A stretch of DNA of 64,000 nucleotides from Oscillospiraceae bacterium. GTDB taxonomy: Bacteria; Bacillota; Clostridia; Oscillospirales; Oscillospiraceae. A model generated the notes under the pieces. It was not told the DNA's origin and did not search any database. It worked only from the letters and a program-made list of their open reading frames with translations. Where the stretch lies: contig JAFSIK010000003.1 of the NCBI GenBank assembly GCA_017439805.1, positions 8,258-72,257 of the forward strand, written 5' to 3'. Of the stretch, positions 56,163 to 64,000 are shown piece by piece (the first letter of the stretch is position 1; every line of letters begins with the position of its first letter). A program made the position numbers and the translations under genes.

Positions 56163-56584
56163 AAGACCTTGTAAAAGCAAAAACCACCCTTGCGGAGGGC
56201 GGCTATACCTGCGTTTTGTGCAGGGGAGATGCAGTTTACACAAGCCGCGACAGGGGAGTGGCGCCTCTTATAGGTTGGTATGAAAGCGGCGCGGTGGAGA
56301 GCGGCTTTTCCGCCGCTGATAAGGTGGTCGGCAATGCCGCGGCATATCTGTATGTACTTATGGGAGCTGTCCGTGTTCATGCCCTTACAATAAGCGAAAG
56401 CGCCCTTAAAACCCTTACGGAAAACTCGATTGAAACAAGCTGGGAAAATCTCGTGCCCGCCATCAAAAATCGCGCAGGCGACGGATTTTGTCCCATGGAA
56501 ACCGCCGTGCGGAACGCGGAGAGCCCACGCCACGCCCTTGAGCTTGTTAAAGAAACCCTTGCGCGGCTTAAAAACGGTAAATAA
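56159..56584 (+). CDS. DUF1893 (TM1506-like) domain protein
   Basis: 141 aa. GGYTCVLCRGD...ADKVVGNAAAYL...GFCPMETAV pattern. ATGA overlap with the AKR gene. Confidence 0.7.
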   Translation: MKDLVKAKTTLAEGGYTCVLCRGDAVYTSRDRGVAPLIGWYESGAVESGFSAADKVVGNAAAYLYVLMGAVRVHALTISESALKTLTENSIETSWENLVPAIKNRAGDGFCPMETAVRNAESPRHALELVKETLARLKNGK

Positions 56585-56592
56585 AGAATATT

Positions 56593-56628
56593 AAAAAGGT
56601 GCGAGTAATACTCGCACCTTTTATTTTG
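56593..56628. terminator. bidirectional terminator
   Basis: AGGTGCGAG-TAATA-CTCGCACCT with flanking A and T runs. Confidence 0.8.
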
Positions 56629-56631
56629 CTT

Positions 56632-57969
56632 TTAAACCGTCGGCAGGGAATAGGGAATAAATTCGTCAAGGTTGGGCACTTCAATGAAGACATTATCTCC
56701 GTAACCCGTAACATCGGTGGTGATGCTGTAAGTGTAATTTACAACGTGTGTCTCTCCGTCCACCGTCAATGTAAGCACCATTTCCATATAAGTAACGTTA
56801 GTATCCAAATTTCCGTTGTAATCGAAGCTGACGGTGGTCTCGATAACAGGGAAGCTGATTTTCATCTTTGTGCCCGCAGACTCCTGTATTCCCTGCTGTT
56901 CAAGATAGTTGCTCATGAACGCATCCAAAGAGGAGTCGTATCTGAAGGTGTAGCTGCCATTGGGGTTTTTGACGATGGAATCTATCATAAAAAGGGGATC
57001 GCAGGAAGTGGCGGAGCTTTCAACGGTTAAGGAAATCAGCTCCTCGGAACTCATATCACCTGCGTATACACAGTATTTTCCGGTGTTATCGTCTACATAC
57101 AGAATGCCGTCCAGAAGCCATTCTTCCGAAATTTCGCCGTCTGTATCGCTGAATATGTAGCAGTCTGAACTGCCGTCGTCGCCGGCAACAATCCTGACTT
57201 CGCTGAAGGTGGTCTCAACACTGTTTAAAGAGGGAGTTGTTTCACTGTAATATTCCATGATGCTGGTCATTTTCATGGCGACAGTATCCATGGCGGCAAA
57301 AGCGGCGGTGGCGGCAACATACTGACGGTACATGTCTGATTTTTTGATAAAGTCGGCAGCGGCCTCGCTGTCAACGGCGCCGCCCTCAACAAGACTCTTT
57401 ACAAGGGAAGTGTTTTCACCTTTGATGCTTGTGGCCAGAGCCTGATAGGAGAGGGCAACCAAATCGTCGCGGATAAAAGCTTCGCTTATAAAATCGCTGT
57501 TGTAAATGCCCAGCTGAGTGGCCTTTTCAATCGCCTGGTCGTATGTGAAATCTCCCGCTTCCTCGGTATAGCCCAGAGCGCGCAGAATAAAGGTGCAGTA
57601 CATCTGAGCCGTGCAGTCGCCCTTGCCGTACTGGGTGTCGGAAACACCCTTGGTCAGACCGTTGGAGTAAAGCCATGCAATTGCATAATCCGCCCAGGTG
57701 GGAACGTCGTTGAAGGGATGGGATATGTTGCCCTGTTCAAAGTCCATTACAGCGCCGTCTTCAGCGCCGAAAAGGCGAACAAGCATAATCGCCGCCTCAA
57801 CGCGGGTGGCGGGACGGTCAAGCTCAAAGCCGATGTCACTGCCCCGGAAAAGATTCATTTCCTTAAGCTGCTCGGCTGCGGAATCATAATTTGAAGCCCC
57901 GGCAGGCACGGCGAAAAAGCCGACGGCCAAAACGAGACAAAGAATAACAGCTAAAAATTTCTTTTTCAT
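56632..57969 (-). CDS. secreted protein with N-terminal SLH-like repeats and an uncharacterised C-terminal domain
   Basis: Signal peptide MKKKFLAVILCLVLAVGFFAVPAGA. SLH-like segments (LFRGSDIGFELDRPATRVEAAIMLVRLFG; FNDVPTWADYAIAWLYSNGLTKGV). Confidence 0.65.
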   Translation of the reverse strand: MKKKFLAVILCLVLAVGFFAVPAGASNYDSAAEQLKEMNLFRGSDIGFELDRPATRVEAAIMLVRLFGAEDGAVMDFEQGNISHPFNDVPTWADYAIAWLYSNGLTKGVSDTQYGKGDCTAQMYCTFILRALGYTEEAGDFTYDQAIEKATQLGIYNSDFISEAFIRDDLVALSYQALATSIKGENTSLVKSLVEGGAVDSEAAADFIKKSDMYRQYVAATAAFAAMDTVAMKMTSIMEYYSETTPSLNSVETTFSEVRIVAGDDGSSDCYIFSDTDGEISEEWLLDGILYVDDNTGKYCVYAGDMSSEELISLTVESSATSCDPLFMIDSIVKNPNGSYTFRYDSSLDAFMSNYLEQQGIQESAGTKMKISFPVIETTVSFDYNGNLDTNVTYMEMVLTLTVDGETHVVNYTYSITTDVTGYGDNVFIEVPNLDEFIPYSLPTV

Positions 57970-58065
57970 AACAAGACCTCCGGGTAATTATATTTGCCAG
58001 TCTAAATTATACCACTTTCAAAATGGGGAGTCCACGCGTAAAACGACGAATTAAATAAAACTTAA

Positions 58066-58098
58066 TCAAAAGCCCCCGGCGCTTTCGCGCCGGGGGCT
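58066..58098 (-). terminator. intrinsic terminator after groEL
   Basis: GCCCCCGGCGC-loop-GCGCCGGGGGC with a T-run on the minus strand. Confidence 0.75.
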
Positions 58099-58120
58099 GA
58101 TGCATTTTGAGGGGCGCGGA

Positions 58121-59761
<1,641 letters not shown>

Positions 59762-59790
59762 TTATAATTACCTCCAATTAAATACTGTGA

Positions 59791-60075
59791 TTACTCAACG
59801 ATAGCCAGAATGTCGCTCTGACGGACGATGATGAACTCTTCGTCGCCCAGCTTGATCTCGGTGTGGCCGTACTTGGTGGTGACGACCTTGTCGCCTACTT
59901 TAACGGTCATTTCAATCTCGGCGCCGTCTACAAGGCCGCCGGGGCCGACAGCGATAACTTCACCGATGGCGGGTTTTTCCTTGGCTGCGCTGGCCAGAAC
60001 CAGACCGGACTTGGTGGTCTCTTCGGCCTCGGTCATTTTCAGGACAACTTTGTCTGCGAGAGGGATGAGTTTCAT
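59791..60075 (-). CDS. groS: co-chaperonin GroES
   Basis: 94 aa. [13 protein letters not shown]...GEVIAVGPG. Confidence 0.95.
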   Translation of the reverse strand: MKLIPLADKVVLKMTEAEETTKSGLVLASAAKEKPAIGEVIAVGPGGLVDGAEIEMTVKVGDKVVTTKYGHTEIKLGDEEFIIVRQSDILAIVE

Positions 60076-60135
60076 TATATATTGCCTCCTAAAATATTAA
60101 ATAACAAATTAAAAGAGATGGGGGATCTCGACTTT

Positions 60136-60162
60136 TTAGCACTCGAGTACCACGAGTGCTAA
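60136..60162 (-). promoter_or_regulatory. CIRCE operator (HrcA binding site)
   Basis: Perfect TTAGCACTC-N9-GAGTGCTAA between the promoter and the groES start. Confidence 0.92.
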
Positions 60163-60171
60163 CTACCTATT

Positions 60172-60200
60172 ATAATAAGTCAGAACAAACCATATGGCAA
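60172..60200 (-). promoter_or_regulatory. putative sigma-A promoter of groESL
   Basis: On the minus strand: TTGCCA (60195..60200), 17-nt spacer, TATTAT (60172..60177), about 10 nt upstream of CIRCE. Confidence 0.5.
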
Positions 60201-60205
60201 CATAG

Positions 60206-60250
60206 TTTTTGCCTGTTTTTGGTTAAAAAACGGGCAAAAACAGGCAAAAA
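60206..60250. repeat. perfect 15-bp inverted repeat with a 15-nt loop
   Basis: TTTTTGCCTGTTTTT (60206..60220) and AAAAACAGGCAAAAA (60236..60250). It lies between the lipid-kinase stop and the groES -35 hexamer. Confidence 0.8.
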
Positions 60251-60274
60251 ATTAAATTAGCTCTCAAAACATGG

Positions 60275-61216
60275 TTAAATTGCAATTTTTTCCTGGATTT
60301 CTTCGTTTTTCTTATAAGTGACCCCTGCAGGGTAAAATATATTTATCTTCTTATCGGAAATTTTGAAAACCGCCTCATTATCGCACATCAGAACCTCGCC
60401 GTCCACGTTGATTCCGGTGGGGCGGTCAAACCGTACCGTACAGGTATCGTGGCGGTATAGCCGCATAAGTTCGGGGAATTTTTTATACATTCCCTTGGCA
60501 AAACGGCCTATGAGTTTTGCCACGGTAAATCTGGAAACTTTTTCAACCATCAGAATATCCATAAGACCGTCGTCGGGAACTGCGTCCGGGGTGGGGTTGA
60601 AGCTTCCGCCGTAGTACTGTCCGTTGGCAAAAACAATAAGGGAGTAATTGTCGTCAAACTGTCTGTCGGGCATAAAAACCTTGTAGGGCAGATGTATCCC
60701 CTTAATTATATTCACTGCGGCAGAGATGATATACGCGGTTTTTCCGGAAATAAGAGGGGGGTGCTTGTACTTTATCATATCGTGGCCGATGCGGGCGTCA
60801 AACCCAACCGAACAGATGTTTACGGACAGCCTGCCGTTGCAGTCGATAAGATCCATGGTTGAAACCTGACCGTCCATAAGCGCCTCAAGATTTTTGAAAC
60901 TGTCCACATTGCCGAACATTTTCAGAAAATCGTTTCCGCTGCCGCAGGGATACTGGGTCACGGCGGCGTTTTCAAATCCGGCGGCGCCGTTTACAACCTC
61001 GTTAAGGGTGCCGTCACCGCCACAGGCGTAGATTCGAAGTTCTTCTCCGCTTTCACAGGCTTCACGGGCGATCCGGCAGGCGTCCATAGGAGCCTTTGTT
61101 ACGGCACATTCGTAATTTGCTCCGGCCTTTTCCATCACCCGGGAAATCTCACCAAGAAGACGTTCTCCGTTATTACCTTTGCCGGCGATAGGATTGATTA
61201 TAAACAGATGCTTCAT
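60275..61216 (-). CDS. diacylglycerol/lipid kinase family protein (YegS/DagK-like)
   Basis: HLFIINPIAGKG start and the catalytic-domain motif ACGGDGTLNEVVNG. Confidence 0.85.
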   Translation of the reverse strand: MKHLFIINPIAGKGNNGERLLGEISRVMEKAGANYECAVTKAPMDACRIAREACESGEELRIYACGGDGTLNEVVNGAAGFENAAVTQYPCGSGNDFLKMFGNVDSFKNLEALMDGQVSTMDLIDCNGRLSVNICSVGFDARIGHDMIKYKHPPLISGKTAYIISAAVNIIKGIHLPYKVFMPDRQFDDNYSLIVFANGQYYGGSFNPTPDAVPDDGLMDILMVEKVSRFTVAKLIGRFAKGMYKKFPELMRLYRHDTCTVRFDRPTGINVDGEVLMCDNEAVFKISDKKINIFYPAGVTYKKNEEIQEKIAI

Positions 61217-62502
61217 TCATCCAAAACCCCTGTCAATACGTCTTTGTTTATTCCAGTAATTATAACAGTTTTTTCCACATTATGTAAAGAATTTCCCTCA
61301 ACCGCAACTTTCATATAGTTGCCTGCGTGGCCGGTAAAAAACCCCTTTTCCTCGGTCTCAAAAAGTACCTTGAGCCGGCTTCCCACAAGGCTTTGCAGGT
61401 ATTGCGCCTCCATCTGCGCCGCCACCTTGGCGGCCTGTGCCGCCCGCAATTCCTTAACGGAATTTTTAACCTGATTGTCCATCTTCGCCGCCGGAGTGTC
61501 GGGACGTGGGGAATAGGGGAATATATGCATGGAGGAAAAAGCGCAGCGCTTTATAAATTCCAGCGTCTGTTCAAACTCCTCATCGGTCTCACCGGGGAAA
61601 CCCACGATAAGGTCGGTGGTAACGGCGCAACCGGGAAAATACCGGCGCAGCAGGGAAACGGACTCAAAATATCTGCCGGTATCGTACTTTCTGTTCATGC
61701 GTTTTAAAACGCTGTCGCAGCCGCTCTGCATGGAAAGATGAAACTGGGGGCAAAGATTTTCAAAAACCGAAAGCTTTTGGCAAAAATCCTCTGTTACCGT
61801 TCTTGGCTCCAGGGAACCCATACGGAAACGTACCGCCGGCGCGGCCCTGCACAGTTCTTCCGTAAGAGAGACGATGTCCCATCCCTCCAAATCCCGGCCG
61901 TAGGAAGAAATTTCAATGCCGGTCAGAACTATTTCTTTATAACCCTCTTCTGCCAGCCGCTTTGCCTCAGCGATTGCCGCGTCCGGTTTCATGGAGCGCA
62001 CGGGTCCGCGGGCGTAGGGAATAATACAGTAGGAACAGAAATTGCGGCATCCATCTTCTATTTTCAGCATGGCTCTGGTGCGCTGGGAAAGGCCACCGGC
62101 GGGCAGTACCTCAAAATCAAAACGCTTCAGCGCGTCGTCCACGTGGACACTGGGCTGCCTGTCCTCAAAAGCCCTTTCCAACAGGTCGATAAATCCGCCT
62201 CTGTCGCCGGTGCCGCATACCAGCTCCGCACCAAGAGTAGCCGCTTCCTGGGGGTGCAGTTGGGAATAGCAGCCGCAGACCGCCACCACGGCTTCCGGGT
62301 GCAGCCTTTTCGCCCTGCGTACTGCCTGACGGGACTTTTTATCCCCCGTTGCGGTAACGGAACAGGTGTTTATGACATATGCGTCACAGACCTGGTCAAA
62401 TGTGCCAAGTTCGTGTCCGCGCCTGACAATTTCCGCTTCCAGCGCCTGTGATTCATACTGGTTGACCTTGCACCCGAGAGTGCTGATGGCAATTTTCATC
62501 AA
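61213..62502 (-). CDS. mtaB: tRNA (t6A37) methylthiotransferase MtaB
   Basis: TLGCKVNQYES N-terminal cluster region, radical-SAM CRNFCSYC, and a C-terminal TRAM-like domain. Confidence 0.85.
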   Translation of the reverse strand: MMKIAISTLGCKVNQYESQALEAEIVRRGHELGTFDQVCDAYVINTCSVTATGDKKSRQAVRRAKRLHPEAVVAVCGCYSQLHPQEAATLGAELVCGTGDRGGFIDLLERAFEDRQPSVHVDDALKRFDFEVLPAGGLSQRTRAMLKIEDGCRNFCSYCIIPYARGPVRSMKPDAAIAEAKRLAEEGYKEIVLTGIEISSYGRDLEGWDIVSLTEELCRAAPAVRFRMGSLEPRTVTEDFCQKLSVFENLCPQFHLSMQSGCDSVLKRMNRKYDTGRYFESVSLLRRYFPGCAVTTDLIVGFPGETDEEFEQTLEFIKRCAFSSMHIFPYSPRPDTPAAKMDNQVKNSVKELRAAQAAKVAAQMEAQYLQSLVGSRLKVLFETEEKGFFTGHAGNYMKVAVEGNSLHNVEKTVIITGINKDVLTGVLDE

Positions 62503-62606
62503 AAAACCTCACAATTTGCATTTAACCTATTATATCATTAAATAGTGATGGTACAAGGGATAAAATTTTCACTTTTTTCATATCCTTTCTCCGGGAGGGA
62601 TTGAAT

Positions 62607-63737
62607 TTGAAAAAAGCAGTTGCCATCGTACTTTCATTGATACTTCTCACCGCAACGGCATTTGCCGCCGGTGAAATAGAGACTACCGCCGGCTCATATG
62701 TTCTTATGGAAAAGACCACTGGGCAGGTACTTCTTGAGGAGAATTCCCATGAACCCAGGCCCATTGCCAGTGTGACAAAAATCATGACCCTGTTGCTGGT
62801 TATGGAGGCTATAGACAGCGGCGCCCTTACTCTGGACACCACTTTGACCGCCGGTGCCCACGCCTGCTCCATGGGCGGATCCCAGATTTATCTGGAGGAA
62901 GGGGAGCAGATGACCTGCGAGGAGCTTTTGAAATCCGTTGTTGTGGCCTCTGCAAATGACGCCGCCGTGGTGTTTGCCGAGCATATAGCCGGCAGCGAAG
63001 CGTCTTTTGTGGAAAAGATGAATGAAAAAGCAGCGCAGCTCGGTATGGACGACACTACCTTTAAAAACTGTACCGGTCTGCCTGAAGAGGGGCACCTGAG
63101 TTCAGCCATGGACGTGGCGATAATGTCGGCGGAGCTTTTGAAGTATGACCTTATAAAGAATTACACTACAATCTGGATGGATACCGTCCGCGACGGTCAG
63201 TTCGGTCTTGCAAACACCAACAAACTGGTAAAAAGCTACAACGGCATCACCGGACTGAAAACCGGTTTTACCGCCGACGCAATGTTCTGTGTCAGCGCCA
63301 CCGCCCAGCGCGACGGCATGGAGCTTATATCCGTGGTTCTTGGCGCCAGCACCGGCGATGACCGCTTTAGCACCGCCGCCGGCCTTCTGGACTGGGGATT
63401 TGCAAACTTTACCCTGTGCTCCGTAAGCGCGGATACCGTTCCCGAAAGCATTCCTGTATCAATGGGCATAAAGGATGAGGTAAAAACCGCCCTTTCCGGC
63501 CCGAGGGAGATATTAATTGAAAAAAACCGTGCGTCTGCACTTGAAATAAACGCCGAAATATGTGATGATGTATGTGCGCCTGTGGCGGAGGGTCAGGTTA
63601 TCGGTACATTGACTGTAACCTCAGAGGGACAGCTTGTTGCCGCCCTTGATATAGTGGCGGCGGAAAGCGTACCCAGATTGACCTTTTCCGGCATATTCAA
63701 ACAGGGACTGCACGCCCTCTTCACCGGCGTAAAATAG
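62607..63737 (+). CDS. D-alanyl-D-alanine carboxypeptidase (S11, DacF/DacB-like)
   Basis: TTG at 62607 lies 7 nt after GGGAGGG (the track start is 62601). ASVTK (SxxK), SANDAA (SxN), KTGFT (KTG), and a signal peptide. Confidence 0.85.
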   Translation: MKKAVAIVLSLILLTATAFAAGEIETTAGSYVLMEKTTGQVLLEENSHEPRPIASVTKIMTLLLVMEAIDSGALTLDTTLTAGAHACSMGGSQIYLEEGEQMTCEELLKSVVVASANDAAVVFAEHIAGSEASFVEKMNEKAAQLGMDDTTFKNCTGLPEEGHLSSAMDVAIMSAELLKYDLIKNYTTIWMDTVRDGQFGLANTNKLVKSYNGITGLKTGFTADAMFCVSATAQRDGMELISVVLGASTGDDRFSTAAGLLDWGFANFTLCSVSADTVPESIPVSMGIKDEVKTALSGPREILIEKNRASALEINAEICDDVCAPVAEGQVIGTLTVTSEGQLVAALDIVAAESVPRLTFSGIFKQGLHALFTGVK

Positions 63738-63752
63738 AGGAGAAACACATCT

Positions 63753-64000
63753 ATGATAAAAGTGGACCTTACCACTGCGGAAAAGTTCATAACCCGTACC
63801 TCTTTTGAGCAAACCTGGGAGGCCTGCGCCGCCGCCCATGCAAAACTGATGGAGGGCGGAGCCCCCGGCGAAGAATATCTTGGCTGGGTCACCCTGCCGG
63901 AAAATTACGACAGGGAGGAGTTCGCGCGTATTATTGCCACTGCGCAGAAAATCAAAAGCGATTCTCAGGTCCTTGTGGTCGTAGGCATCGGCGGCTCTTA
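63753..64000 (+). CDS. pgi: glucose-6-phosphate isomerase, 5' partial (runs off the window)
   Basis: ATG at 63753 follows GAGGAGAAA. The translation [13 protein letters not shown]...[16 protein letters not shown]...[10 protein letters not shown] matches the N-terminus of Firmicute-type Pgi. Confidence 0.8.
   Translation, partial: MIKVDLTTAEKFITRTSFEQTWEACAAAHAKLMEGGAPGEEYLGWVTLPENYDREEFARIIATAQKIKSDSQVLVVVGIGGS

Noticed and set aside
62503-62600. A sigma-F/G sporulation promoter for the dacF-like carboxypeptidase.
   Set aside because: GCATT is present, but no properly spaced -10 element (GGnnAnAHTR or CATnnTA) follows it.

Overview
This window looks like core chromosome from a fairly GC-rich, endospore-forming Clostridia-type Firmicute. 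That placement is inferred from gene content: the spoIIIA genes, PolC, an IspH-S1 fusion, a Bacillus-type long SRP RNA, and CIRCE-groESL. Coding density is high and almost every gene is housekeeping. I found no integrase, transposase, CRISPR array, tRNA or rRNA gene, or recognisable defence system.

Gene content, left to right:
- dacB-like carboxypeptidase, rluB, an RpiR regulator with a HI0933-type flavoprotein, cmk, plsC, and the ispH-rpsA fusion; glnS on the minus strand.
- pyrH-frr-uppS-cdsA-dxr-rseP-ispG-polC.
- spoIIIAA-AB, then a three-gene ABC importer cassette, then spoIIIAC-AH, then asp23.
- obg-rpmA-rplU on the minus strand.
- A large secreted NAGPA/SLH protein with a coupled Smr protein, a tiny Asn/Ser-rich protein, SRP RNA, dnaX-ybaB-recR, and an orphan gene.
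- feoAB and ackA on the minus strand; tmcAL, a SpoVB/MurJ-like flippase, murD, two M42 peptidases and a ynbB-like PLP enzyme.
- carD-ispD-ispF.
- A T-box leader upstream of an adenylate-forming ligase, then a second T-box leader upstream of metY-metA.
- An AKR/Fe-S oxidoreductase with a DUF1893 protein, an SLH protein, groESL with CIRCE, a lipid kinase, mtaB, a second DD-carboxypeptidase, and the start of pgi.

Nothing here is clearly a new multi-gene system. The observations most worth follow-up are regulatory:
1. A T-box whose specifier reads UAC (Tyr) controls a stand-alone acyl/aryl-CoA-ligase-like enzyme.
2. The spoIIIA operon is cut in two by an amino-acid-type ABC importer cassette. The cassette has its own CodY-like box, a sigma-A promoter, a 38-codon Tyr/Phe-rich leader ORF and an intrinsic terminator. 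A sigma-E-like promoter sits just before spoIIIAC.
3. rplU-rpmA lacks the Prp protease gene, and L27 lacks its N-terminal propeptide.
4. A 46-aa Asn/Ser-rich protein with a forespore-type promoter may be a minor SASP.

All promoter, terminator and riboswitch calls come from reading the sequence by eye and need confirmation with covariance models or experiments.
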